Both the position numbers and the translations under genes were made by a program. The notes under the pieces were generated by a model, which was not told where the DNA came from, ran no database searches, and worked only from the letters and a program-made list of their open reading frames with translations. 64,000 nt of DNA from Octopus sinensis (Eukaryota): positions 45,570,001 to 45,634,000 of the forward strand of contig NC_042997.1 of assembly GCF_006345805.1 (NCBI RefSeq), written 5' to 3'. Shown here in pieces: positions 26,340 through 39,108 of the stretch (its first letter is position 1; each line of letters starts with the position of its first letter).

Positions 26340-28220
26340 CAGGTGTTATTCAACCTTTATACTCCCGACATATGTTTCGAAAGAAAACATTGTTATTATT
26401 CCGGAGGGAATAAAATGATGTAAAACAATGCAATCATCTCGTCAGAGAGAAAAGGCGAAACAAAACACATCAATAGACCATTTTAACCGAGTGTGATTAC
26501 CGCGTATATGGCGAAGGGGAACGCTTTGAAGTTATTTTTTAAAAAACCGTTTATAGATTTAACGTCAAGAGCAATTTAGAGAAAGAGAAGGAGGAGAAAG
26601 AATGAAATTAACACAAAATTAAGAGTGGAGAAATATAGTCCGATAGATGGATGGGAATAAAGCTTAAAATCGTGGAAATAGATATATGTAGGAGAAATGA
26701 AAGGTCAAAAGGCAGTAAAAAGGCGAATTTCATAGATTGGTAGAAATTACTTAGAGGAACTAAAGGTATGTTTTTGCCAATGTTTGCAACGATAAACGCG
26801 TTATTTAAACGTGTTTCAAGAGAATTCTCCGAGAACAGAATGAGATATTATTCTTCGTTAAAGAGTGGACAACAAGATTTACCTTTGTCATATGGAAAGG
26901 ATTTAGATAGAATATTCCATTCCAAATCAAATTGCTTATGTTCCTTTAGAGACCAAATTAATTTACTAAACCCAGTATTGTTGCGTTTATTGATATGGCT
27001 AAATGTAGAATAATGGTTAGATATTCTTTTCGGCAACTGAGATGAAGAACTACCTATGTAAAAAGGACATCAGAACCAGAAGTAATTTTACATTGATATA
27101 CAGAGTTTTAGTCTAAGAATTACTGCTAAGGAAACAAATACAATTCGAATTTATATCAGAAATATTAATATTGTTGTTATTATTGTTCAAAGAATGGTTA
27201 GTGTTAATAATACCAATGTTATTATTTTCATTAAGTGGATTTGTATTTCACAACTTATCGTTATGCGAAGTGATTTGTGAAAAGCTTTTGGTGTTTGAAA
27301 GCCCTATTCTATTTCGGTGTGAATTGATAATAGGATGCTAGCTTGAAAGGTTTTGGAAATTCTTATCTATAGCTTCATGAAACTGGTAAGGGACGTTGGA
27401 TTTGATCTGCTTACCATATGGAATTACCAACCAAATAGTTTTACTAGGACATACCTTGTTATTAGGGTTAATTATTTTTAAAAGTCCTAGATTTACTTTT
27501 ATTACGTATAAAGGGACTTAAATAACGGTTATCTCCCTTACGCAGCAAAACTACATTTTTCGATTTAGTGTTGTTATTCGAACTAAAATTTATATCGTTA
27601 TTACCGTTATAACGTGTTTTCATGCCCTGATTAATAGAGGTTGAATTAATGTCAATAGGGTTAATATAGGTAATTTTTTCTTTATAGCCTGCTTTATGTA
27701 AGGCAGAGTTATAAAATTCGGCTTTATCGTTGAAGATATGAACATCGGCAGATAATCTAGAAAGCCTAAGTGAAATACTCCTAACTAAATTTCTTGTAAT
27801 AGCCTTTGAATGATTACTGAAAGAGCTAATATATTTTAAATTAGCTGATGGTTTATGGTATGGGAAATAAGAATCATTATATAAGTTAAGGGTAATATCC
27901 AAAATGTTGGCTTTAATTGTATCATCATCCAAAACAATGCTTAAGCCGATGTTTCGGAAAAAATTAACCAACGTATTTTTAGCCCTTTGTAATTTTTATT
28001 TAGAAAAAGTTTGAAGGTAGAGTAGACAATCTTCACAATATAAACCTCCATTGATGTTTAGGAATTGGTCAGCCATCTCATAAAGGATATATATACCAAC
28101 CAAATCAGCCAATTTTGCTGAGGCAGAACTTCCCATCTTGGCATCAAAACTGTCAGACGTATCTTTACGGACGCACAGCTTGTTTTCGAAGATTTGAATA
28201 ACACCTGCGTTTAACTCCAT
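26340..28220 (-). mobile_element. Second Penelope-like retroelement remnant (RT + GIY-YIG)
   Basis: RT-like FDAKMGSSASAKLADLVGIYIL..GLYCEDCL and LDITLNL...PYHKP...YISSFSNH; endonuclease VYQCKI..YIGSSSQLPKRISNHYSTF..FSKLIWSLK..WNILSK..CPL. Confidence 0.85.
26361..26450 (-). ncRNA. Hammerhead motif with extended stem II at the 3' end of the Penelope element
   Basis: Minus strand: CTGACGA-ga..cattgtt..ttattcc/ggaataa..aacaatg..tc-GAA-ACATATGT-C; stem I weak. Confidence 0.6.
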
Positions 28221-28418
28221 TTCTTAATTTATCTATGTCATTCAGAAACATTTCATTTAACCCTGGAATTTCTACCTTTATAAGTAGGCTGTAATATCCT
28301 TGGCACTTATGTGAAATTTTGCTACCCTGGCAACTATTTAAAAATTATTTTCGTGTTATTTGTACGTACTGAAAAAATACACATTTTTATATATATATTT
28401 ATATAATATATATATATT

Positions 28419-28457
<39 letters not shown>

Positions 28458-28462
28458 TATAA

Positions 28463-28889
28463 TGATCAAAATAAAAACATGATGCCAAGGATTCAGCGGT
28501 ACATATGTTTCGGGCCTTTATTAGACAGATTTATACAATGCATAATGTATGTCTGTGGCCTTCTTCAGCCGCGCACAAACAGCTTCCACAAGGACATGTG
28601 TTACATCAAAAATTCTTGGTTTGGGATGCAAATCCTCTCATTCGCGTACGACATAATGCGGCAACAGCATAGAATTGAAGCGTCCATCTCTTTCTTCTCG
28701 TCGTACGCGAATGAGAGGATTTGCATCCCCAACCAAGAATTTTTGATGTAACACATGTCCTTGTGGAAGCTGTTGTGCGCGGCTGAAGAAGGCCACGGAC
28801 ATACATTATGCATTGTTATAAATCTGTCTAATAAAGGCCCGAAACATATGTACCGCTGAATCCTTGGCATCATGTTTTTATTTTGATCA
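28463..28889. repeat. Fold-back palindrome (about 190-bp arms) carrying an HHR in each arm
   Basis: 28463-28652 is a near-perfect reverse complement of 28700-28889 (mirror ORFs 28479+ and 28601- share a sequence). Confidence 0.95.
28779..28856 (+). ncRNA. Type I hammerhead ribozyme, intact core (mirror copy 28496-28572, minus strand)
   Basis: GCGG-CTGAAGA-aGGCC..long insert..GGCCc-GAA-ACATATGT-A-CCGC; stem I GCGG/CCGC; predicted cleavage after A28852. Confidence 0.75.
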
Positions 28890-28959
28890 ATTTACTCCAC
28901 CACCTACACCACCAAACGGTATACACAGGTGCTTATAATTATCAAGTACTCACCCCGAA

Positions 28960-29014
<55 letters not shown>

Positions 29015-29042
29015 AGGTGTGTATCTACCTATGTATGTAAAA

Positions 29043-29102
<60 letters not shown>

Positions 29103-29379
29103 GTCCATCTGTGTGTGTGTGTACAAACGCACAATAATACCTCAGTTAATGCTTGCTACCCCGCTTAGCGCTAATTAACTAGAGCATCCTTTTTCTTGAT
29201 ATTAACATTTATTGTAGGACAACACCACTACGTTATTGCAACAATTGTATCCTAACATATAAGAAACTATAGCTCACACTAATGCATACTCCCACACGCA
29301 CACAATCTGTTCACGCACGTTTTTTCTCTTATCATGTCTATAGACATGAGTTAAAAGCTTCTTGAAAGCTTTTAAACGA

Positions 29380-29660
29380 TCGTTAAGCTTCTGCAAAGGT
29401 CTTTTAGAGAGAGTTCAGGAGCATTCAATTTTTGCAGATGTTAGTCAAATGTTGATGAACTGAAACCATGCCGTAATCTTCACAGTATTTGTATGCTAGT
29501 GCAAGTACAGGTACCCAGGTAACTAAGTGATACCTATGAATTCTGAAAAGTATTATCGAGTGTAGCAGCTACCCGTCTTCAGATAGCATTTAATGTAGAT
29601 GAAAGAGGCTTTTTTCCTGAGCAAAATGACATCTCGCACGTTCAGCTCCTGAAAACGTCA
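29380..29660 (+). pseudogene. pogo/Tigger-like transposase fragment
   Basis: AFNVDERGFF..KMTSRTF resembles the FN.DETGLFWK.MP.RT motif. Confidence 0.5.
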
Positions 29661-30389
29661 TGATAGTCCGTGATTAGAGGAATGCCAAACATCTCTAACC
29701 TTCTCTTTTCAACACCGCCCTAAGCGATACTTTATTTGTACAGTTATTTCATCAGCAATACACAATGTTACCATGAAGTTTAAATGTCACCTAAGGCTGG
29801 AAAACACTTCGACAAATATCAAGTTCATACCAGAAATTACGATATGACATTTTTCTTTTATCTCAGCTGGTCCTGCTCCATTCAGCAGCATGCCAGGGTA
29901 GCGCGAGAGCAACACCTTAATGGGGGTCAGCATTTTTGAGTCTGCTGTATAAGCCTGTCCTGAATATTAATTTAAACTGCATTCGGCAATGAGGTCCTCG
30001 CTTGGGAATTCCAAGATTCTAAGATATGTGTAACTACTTCTTAGCCACTATTGTTTCCAAGTCTACTCTGACTCGAAACAGTAGCACCCATCAGGGCTCT
30101 AACCATTTAAATAGAGGTCAGTCGGCTGCGAATATGGGAATAGCCAGCCACGCATCAACTCACAAGTGGCTCCTTGGCAAGGGTTAGCACAGGCAACGAC
30201 ACGAACCAGGGTTATATAAAAAACATCGGATTTAACATGGTAGATATGATCTATTTCGGCAGATGAACATAATGAGTCAATGGCAAAATATCATTAGATG
30301 CTAAGCGGATAAACGGTCAAGAGACTGTCAAAGGCCAAGATCAACCTGTTTAATTAACGAACTCCTACTATTTCTTCTTTTTCTCTTGT

Positions 30390-30816
30390 TTTTCTTTTAC
30401 TTGTTACGGTCACTAGACTGCAGTCATGCTGGCGGGTACTGAATTTAGAATTTTAGTCGAACGAAGCATCGCAGGAACTTATATTTCAAAGCCTAGTACT
30501 TATTCTATAGGCCTATTTTGCGGAACCGCTAGGTCGCGGGGACGTAAACACACCAACATCGGTTATTAAACTGTTGGGACAATCACCTCCACACATACAA
30601 GCATGCGCGCAAGCATGCACACACACAACACACACACACACACACACACACACATACGACGAGTTTCTTTTCAGTTTCTGTCTACCACATCCACTCACTT
30701 TGGTCGCCCACAGGCTTTAACAGAAGACACTTGCCCAAGGTGCCACGCAGTGGGATTGAACTCAGAACTATGTGGCTGGAAAGCAAACTTCTAAATGCAT
30801 AGTCACACCTGCACCT
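30390..30816 (-). mobile_element. CORE-type tRNA-SINE
   Basis: Reverse complement of the 45983-46389 family. Confidence 0.85.
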
Positions 30817-31353
30817 ATGATCTCTAGTCGTGGCATGCAGAGTTGAGATATTCCGCTATCGAAATATGGCAAGTCATCAAACTGGATGTATAGGCATGGG
30901 AGCCCGGGGATGGCAACTCGAGGACTGCCAAGTGGCACACATTCTGGCTACGCTACTGGTTCCATTTCAACATTATATCGAAACAAATGAAGGCAGAAAA
31001 CGTTGCCATACTCTTCAAACGGTCCCTGACAAATACTTCCAGGACATACCAGACAACACTGTGCAATGAAATTTTTATCATATTTTTGTCTTTGGTCAGT
31101 AAGGGTTATTTCCTACTTGCTTCTGTCTAGGAATCAAAAGAAATGACCATTATTCTCTTCAAACTTTGCTTTCGTGACCTGAACATCAATGTTTTGAAAC
31201 TGACCTATTTTCCATTGCATTTGAGATAGATTCAGTGCTGAGTTGCTGAACCAGATATATTGTTATAGCAAATATTCTGTTCAATACCACATATTTGCTT
31301 GTCAGTTGCTTGGCCTTAACCACTTGAGCATGTCCATTAGTAGCTGGCAATAT

Positions 31354-31745
31354 TTTTTTTTGGAAGCATTCCGTCGGTTACGACGATGAGGATTCCGGTT
31401 GATCCGAATCAACGGAACAGCCTGCTCGTGAAATTAACGTGTAAGTGGCTGAGCACTCCACAGACACGTGCACCCTTAACGTAGTTCTCGGGGATATTCA
31501 GCGTGACACAGAGAGTGACAAGGCCGGCCCCTTGAAATACAGGTACAACAGAAACAGGAAGTAAGAGTGAGAGAAAGTTGTGGTGAAAGAGTACAGCAGG
31601 GATCACCACCATTCCCTGTCGGAGCCTCGTGGAGCTTTTAGGTGTTTTTGCTCAATAAACACTCACAACGCCCGGTCTGGGAATCGAAACCGCGATCCTA
31701 TGACCGGGAGTCCGCTGCCCTAACCACCGGGCCATTGCGCCTCCA
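31354..31745 (-). mobile_element. Young tRNA-derived SINE (family 3) with TSD and poly(A)
   Basis: tRNA-like head tggaggcgcaatggcc..gtggttagggcagcggac..ggtttcgattccc; TSD agctggcaatat at 31342-31353 and 31745-31756; T-run tail. Confidence 0.92.
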
Positions 31746-32137
31746 GCTGGCAATATCTGCATCTCTGATCATGAGTGAGGGTAGTTGGGAGAGCATCATA
31801 GCCATACGTTGAGATAGATTCCTTGGTGTTTGAATAAATATAAAAGCAAAGTTTAAAAGAAATATTAGCCATTTTTCATGCATTCTAAGGGTAAGCAAAT
31901 AGGAAATGACAGTTGCTGCCCAAAGACAAAGATCGTGTTACAGTCCAATCTACCTGCCTCACAAGGAATACATTTTGGTCAACAATAACGTCCTAATTGA
32001 GTTCCCAAATAAGACCCCACCAAGGTATGCTATTACATTTGACACGTCTTCAGCTAATACTCGTCGAAAACGAAGTTTTCTTAATTCAAATTTTATGTAT
32101 ACATCTGCTTACCGTGCAAGCAGGTTATTATGATAAG

Positions 32138-32517
32138 TGGAGGCGCAATGGCCCAGTGGTTAGGGCAGCGGACTCGTGGTCGTAGGATCGCGGTTTCGAT
32201 TCCCAGACCGGGCGTTGTGAGTGTTTATTGAGCGAAAACACCTAAAAGCTCCACGAGGCTCCGGCAGGGATGGTGGTGATCCTGCTGTACTCTTTCACAA
32301 CAACTTCTCTCACTCTTACTTCCTGTTTCTGTTGTACCTGTATTTCAAAGGGCCGGCCTTGTCACTCTCTGTGTCACGCTGAATATCCCCGAGAACTACG
32401 TTAAGGGTGCACGTGTCTGTGGAGTGCTCAGCCACTTACACGTTAATTTCACGAGCAGGCTGTTCCGTTGATCGGATCAACCGGAACCCTCGTCGTCGTA
32501 ACCGACGGAGTGCTTCC
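32138..32517 (+). mobile_element. Young tRNA-derived SINE (family 3)
   Basis: Near-identical to the 31354-31745 reverse complement; TSD-like ttatgataa on both sides. Confidence 0.92.
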
Positions 32518-32940
32518 TCTTTTATGATAAATGATAATGCTACTAAACAGTTATCGATATCACAATTAATGGGTCCAAAATTATTTAAGACCTGTTGCCA
32601 GCTGGCTATTGTTACTGAAAAGAATTTGTACCAAAGAAATCAATATATATTTATTTATTGCCCACAAGGGGCTAAACATAGAGGGGACAAACAAGGACAA
32701 ACAAAGGGATTAAGTCGATTACATCGACCCCAGTGCGAAACTGGTACTTTATTTTTCGACCCCGAAAGGATGAAAGGCAAAGTCGACCTCGGCGATCAAT
32801 ATAAATGGTTTCGACTGTACGTACTCATGCGCGCGCATGTATTAGGCGACAAAACTGAAGCGATTTCCGGTCGACGCTTCTGTGTTTGTAGTGTTTTACT
32901 TTTTCTTCTTTTGAATTTCTTGACCCTCTGACCCATATTC

Positions 32941-32981
<41 letters not shown>

Positions 32982-32985
32982 ATAG

Positions 32986-33043
<58 letters not shown>

Positions 33044-33054
33044 GTATGTATCTT

Positions 33055-33505
33055 ATTTCTTTTTATCTCTTTCATGTTTCAGTCATCAGACTGCAGCCAT
33101 GGTGGGTCACCGCCTTGAAGAATTTTTAGTTAAATCTATCGACCCCTGTACTTATTTTTTAAAGACCTGGTACTTATAGTATCCGTCGCTTTTGCCGATC
33201 CTTTAAGTTACGGAGACGTAAACATACTAGCACCGGTTGTCAAGTGGTGGTGGTGGTGGTGGTGGGGCAAACACAGAAACAAAGACACACACACACGCAC
33301 GCATACACGCACGCACAAACACATACACACACACACACACACACACACCACACACACAGTTACATACGATAGGTTTCTTTCAGTTTCCGTCTACCAAATC
33401 CACTCACAAGGCTTTAGTCGACCCTAGGCTATAGCAGAAGACACATGCCTAAGGTGCCATGCCGTGGGAGTGAAACCTGAATCATGTGGCTACCATACAG
33501 CCACG
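33055..33505 (-). mobile_element. CORE-type tRNA-SINE
   Basis: Reverse complement of the 45983-46389 family. Confidence 0.85.
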
Positions 33506-33532
33506 ATATATATATATATATATATATATATA

Positions 33533-34031
33533 TTTCAAATTAAAGATGAGAAATCAGGCAGGTTCGACAATTCAAAAACATTACAATATAAACCGAGCCA
33601 AAAGGAGTAATTATAATATATTTAATGAGTCTCTCATTTACCCTGAAAAAACGGGGAAAGCCAATGTTTAATCGATGAAATATTTTTTTATACACTCCTT
33701 GTAATCTTTTTAAACACCGTTTGTTAACCAACGTTTATTAGTAAATAGGATTATATCTTTCAATATGTTTATATATATTTCTCCTATATTTTTATAGATT
33801 TTCATCATTTATTGAACATATATGTCCATTGTATTTTTATTATTTTTGGTGTGTCTGTAATTTTGAAAATGTTGGTATTGTTTTGATATTGAATATTTTT
33901 AGTATTGTTTCCGTATTGAACTTTTTAATGAGAGACGCATTAGATATATCGTAATTACTCCTTTTGGCTCGGTTTATATTGTAATGTTTTGAATTGTCGA
34001 ACATATCTAATTTCTCATCTTTAATTTGAAA
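33533..34031. repeat. Fold-back element with about 105-bp inverted arms in (TA)n
   Basis: 33533-33638 is the reverse complement of 33927-34031. Confidence 0.85.
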
Positions 34032-34090
34032 AAATATTTATACCTAATGTCTCAGGTTCAATACTTGAGCACTTCCCAACACTGTCTGTA

Positions 34091-34141
<51 letters not shown>

Positions 34142-34245
34142 TAATCCAACAAGAAAAACGAAAAAGACAACAACGCAAAAGTGGAACAATTAAAGTATTA
34201 TTAGGCGCTCATATATATATATATATGTGTATATATATATATGTG

Positions 34246-34281
<36 letters not shown>

Positions 34282-34297
34282 TGTATGTATGTATGTA

Positions 34298-34328
<31 letters not shown>

Positions 34329-34329
34329 T

Positions 34330-35950
34330 ATCCCAACTCGAAACCTACATTGGGATTAAGGATATATGCTGTTTTTTACATGCTTATTGATGCAGTTAAG
34401 GATTACCCTTGCAAGAATTTTTCCAGCCATCCACAACATACTTATTCCCTGTGACTATCACATACACTCTTCTTCCCCTTGTTTTTGTACAAGGGATTTA
34501 TAGATGCATTTTTGAACTATTGGGGGCATAGATCCAGTTTCGCAGATCAAACAGATCAATTTGCGTAGCTTTCTTACTAGTTGTCTGCCACCATACTTGC
34601 ACACCGCCATGACAGTACCTTCTTGTCCTGAAGTTTTACCATTGGAAAGTTTTTTAATAGCAGAACTTATCTCTCCCAAGTACGGATCTTCCACAAGTTC
34701 CTCAATTATAGACCGCTGAAGGATATCATTGCTTACTTCAGGATCAGCAGCCTGTTCCAATTCTTGGGCTCTTTTTGCCTATCAAATATTTTTCATCTCA
34801 TGCAGTTTTTCTGTGTAGTTGGCATGATTTTTGCCCTCTAACAAGTTCAAAAGAAAGCACGTGAACAAAATACTGACCTGTACATGATCTTTGTCGATTT
34901 GACCGAAGCCCTTGATACATTGAATCATGAGACGTTCTGGAAAACCTTGACAAAAGTTGGTCTTCCTGGTAAAATGATAAAGATGATAAAAGAATAATGG
35001 CAACAGTGACATCTAGTTGTCAATGTTTAGAGGCATTTTCTGTTGCCACTGCAACCAAACAAGGCTGTGCTTTAGCCGCTGTACTTTTTACCATTTTCTT
35101 TTCAACGATGCTCTAACATGCTTTCAGGGATTACCATTTGGGTGTAAAATTCCCGTTTCGCAGAGAAGGAGGTTTACTAAACCTGAAAGGGTGTTTCAGA
35201 TCAAAGAAAAAGACCAAGGAAGAAATTCTATGTGACTTTCTGTTTGCTGATTGTTGTGCTTTGATTTCTCAGATATTTGAGGGAATTCAGAAAACGGTCA
35301 ACAGGTTTGCTGCTGCAGCTCGTGCACTTGGACTGACTATCAGCATCAAGAGGACTGAAGTTTTAACCACAACCAAAGCTTGGGGCAGAACATAGTCAAG
35401 ATTCAAACGTGATGATAGACAACAAGTCACTCAAATGGTCAGGTCATTTAAATATCTTGGAAGTACGGTAGAGTATCTAAGGCTCCAAATACTTCGGGAA
35501 AAACATTCCTATCGTTTGTGGGATGAACACGGTATCAGTTTGAAAGGTAAAATAAGTATATACAAATCCTGTATTCTGAGCACACTTTTGTATGGAATGC
35601 GACGGAAGCATGGTCTCCCTACTATAAACATATAAAGAAACTCTCTGCGCAATATCTTCGCCATAAAATGGGAAGGTAAGGTATCAAACGTCAAAATCTT
35701 AGAAAAATGCGATACCTCCCGTATCCAAAACATGTTGCTGAGAATTCTATGCAGATGGGTTGGACATATTCAAATGAAAGACAATCGCATTTCAAAAATT
35801 CTTTTGTATCACCAACAAATGGAGGGATATTGTGGTAGAGGAAGACCTGTCCGTAAGTATAAGGATAAGTTTAAGCAAAATCGAGAGTCTTTACAGCTTA
35901 ACTTGACATCCTGAGAAAGTCATTGCTTAGATCGATCTGCAGGCGTAAAA
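34330..35950. mobile_element. RTE-clade LINE remnant with a 5' inversion
   Basis: Minus 34330-34760: AIKKLSNGK..YGG..KILARVILN..SQCRFR. Plus from about 34820: MIFAL..Q..LYMIFVDLT.A.D, FLFADCCAL, GLTISIKRTEV, FKYLGS, LSTLLYG, RWVGH, GRGRP..YKD. Confidence 0.88.
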
Positions 35951-36460
35951 TGTGTCATGATGCATCAAAGCAATTTGAGTCTAAGAAACAGAACAACTAT
36001 ATCCTGCTATCAACAAACACATTTGCCTAATCCCAGAGAAAGCCAAAATTACCAATGTCCCAATAGCACCTTCATAGTAAAATTCATACCCAGAATAAAA
36101 TTACATTTCCACGCATCCATCGCAAATAAATGCAGCTTCTTATGTTCTCAACATGCTCTTGTCACCAAAGAATGTATATATATATGTATTGTAGTACTCT
36201 GTGTCAACTCTGTGCGTGTTTGAATATACAGATACAATACCAATACCAATATCCCACAGAACTTTTTAATAATTCCTTCTGGAAACTATCTTAAGCATGT
36301 TCTTGAGAATGATTATTTATGTAATCTTTTGTGCCCAATATTTTAAGGAACTTGTTAAACTTTTTTTATGTCCTTAACATGTCCTTGTTACCAAAGACTG
36401 TATATATGTAATGTAGCAATTTGTAACAACCAATAATTAACGCAACCAAACTTCTACATG

Positions 36461-36505
36461 TTACTTTTGACAATCTTTTTCCAAAGAGTGAAACCGGTAA
36501 AGTAA
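36461..36505 (+). ncRNA. Degenerate hammerhead motif
   Basis: ttactt-TTGACAA-tcttt ttcc aaaga-gt-GAA-ACCGGT-A-aagtaa; stem I ttactt/aagtaa; just upstream of (TA)n. Confidence 0.55.
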
Positions 36506-36581
36506 ATAAACATCTTTTAAAATTGCATTTTCAAACCTTCTTTCGTACATAATTCCGCTCGTGCGGTACCCTACAACTTTG

Positions 36582-36612
<31 letters not shown>

Positions 36613-36616
36613 CATA

Positions 36617-36660
<44 letters not shown>

Positions 36661-36675
36661 GATATATATATATAT

Positions 36676-36707
<32 letters not shown>

Positions 36708-36748
36708 ATACATATACATATATATATATATTATATAATACATACATA

Positions 36749-36795
<47 letters not shown>

Positions 36796-36837
36796 CAATA
36801 TATATATATTATATATATACATACATATTATATATAT

Positions 36838-36913
<76 letters not shown>

Positions 36914-37234
36914 GAAGTAGATTTTGGGAAGCATTATGAGGTATAACTTTAAAAGAATATAGACTTTGTACCGTCTCCCATTGTTTCGGCTTTACACTAC
37001 CAAATAATTATATACATACATACATACATACATACATACATACATACATACATGACACGGAGGAATGATGAAATCAATAAGTCGCAAACACTCTTTATCC
37101 TTCATCAGTTGTTGTCGGTTGGTGCCGGCAACAAAATTTGCTGGAGTGAAGACGAGCAAGCACAATAGATGAACAAAGGGAGTGACTGAAAAGAAATAAA
37201 AGGTTTCTAGCCTGAACGTTGAATAAAGTCGTGT

Positions 37235-37633
37235 TGTGGCCATGCTGGAGCACCGCTTTTAGTCGAGCAAATCGACCCCAGGACTTATTCTTTGTAAGCC
37301 TAGTACTTATTCTATCAGTCTCTTTTGCCGAACCGTTAAGTTACGGGGACGTAAACACACCAGCATCGGTTGTCAAGCGATGTTGGGGGGACAAACACAG
37401 ACACACAAACATATACATACATACATACATACACATACATACATACATACATACATACATACATACATACGATGGTCTTCTTTCAATTTCCGTCCACCAA
37501 ATCCACTCACAAGGCTTTGGTCGACCCGAGGCTATAGCAGAAGACATTTGCCCAAGGTGCCACGCAGTGGGACTGAACCCGGAACCATGTGGTTCGTAAG
37601 CAAGCTTCTTACCACACAGCCACTCCTACGCCT
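37235..37633 (-). mobile_element. CORE-type tRNA-SINE
   Basis: Reverse complement of the 45983-46389 family. Confidence 0.9.
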
Positions 37634-37644
37634 ATATACATATA

Positions 37645-37832
37645 TGCTTAGAGGTATTTCGTCTGCCGTTACGTTCTGAGTTCAAATTCCACCGAGATCG
37701 ACTTTGCCTTTCATCCTGTCGGGGTCAATAAATTAAGTACCAGTTACGCACTGGGGTCGATGTAATCGACTTAATACCTTTGTCTGTCCTTGTTTTTCCC
37801 CTCTATGTTTAACCTCTTGTGGGTAATAAAGA
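37645..37832 (+). mobile_element. Meta-domain-like SINE (5' truncated)
   Basis: gactttgcctttcatcctgtcggggtcaataaattaagtaccag core. Confidence 0.85.
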
Positions 37833-37853
37833 AATATATGTATATGTAATATA

Positions 37854-37896
<43 letters not shown>

Positions 37897-39008
37897 GAGA
37901 GAGAGAGAGAGAGGGAAGGGAAGATGGAGAGAAAGAGATAGAGGGAGAAAGGAGAGAAAGTGAAGCAAAAATGGAAACTGAAATAGGGAAATTAGTGAAA
38001 TAAGAGAAAACGTGAAAGATAGAGAGAAAGTAAGAGAGAGAGAGAGGGGGGGATGGAGGGAAAGGTCAAATCACTGGCACAATTGAAATGTTTAAGATAA
38101 TGTAACGATTTCAGGAACAAATAAAAAATTATGCATTAAAAGATATATATTATATAGATATTTAAATTAAAGTGAAATAACCTTAGCAAATAGCTGTGAA
38201 TGTTACACTTTTATCTTTAAATGGCAGGATTTCAAAAGAATTTTTTTGAAATTCTTTCTTGTGTTTGAAATATTAACATAATGTTTATAAATATGCTGAA
38301 TTACACCATAGAATTTCCATGGGTCCGCTAGTATAAATATATGATGTGCCTTTTTTATGCATAGATCTCCCAACAACGACATTACAGGTCGTGACTTGGG
38401 ATTTTTTTGCTCTGATGCACACTCTACAACCTTTATCTATTATATCTCCCTCTCTCGTTCTTCTTCCTATCTGCTTTTCTCTCCCACCCCTTTCACTAAT
38501 TCTTCTCTTCTCTTCACTGTTCCCCTCTCTCTCTCTCATTCTTCCTCCTTGACTCTGTCGTTGCTCGCACGTGACCAACGGCTATCTGTCTCTCTTTCCT
38601 CCACTTCCTTCCTAAAGACAAGACGTGCTTTTGTCTGTCTCTTCTCAAAGCTCGTTTTCCCACCGCTCGCCACTTCCCCTCATTATGGCTTAGCCCTTAC
38701 CTTTTGTTTTTAAAGTTTTGTTCTTACTGTCCTGCTTCTGTTACCACTTTAACCCTCCGCAAAAAATCCCAAATTTTATTTAATTCGCTTTGCGGGAAGG
38801 ACTGTTTTAACGAAGTCGCGTCTTGTTTCTACCTTCGAAACGCAGAGTAGATAAAACAGGGGACAACTGATGAAAGGAATGTTCTTTATGTTGCTTGTCT
38901 CGTTTCTCTATTTTTTTCTCTTCGTTCGTTTTCCATGCTTTTGCTTTTTATGTTCTTGTTTCTCATTTTGTTCACGTGACTGTGACCGACCAGGCTATCA
39001 GATGTGTG

Positions 39009-39108
39009 NNNNNNNNNNNNNNNNNNNNNNNNNNNNNNNNNNNNNNNNNNNNNNNNNNNNNNNNNNNNNNNNNNNNNNNNNNNNNNNNNNNNNNNNNNNN
39101 NNNNNNNN
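39009..39108. other. Assembly gap (100 N)
   Basis: Run of n. Confidence 1.

Noticed and set aside
28479-28873. Two near-identical 90-aa ORFs on opposite strands
   Set aside because: A by-product of the palindrome; the relative at 50 kb does not keep the frame.
32138-32215. tRNA-like sequence
   Set aside because: It is the head of a multi-copy SINE with TSDs, not a tRNA gene.
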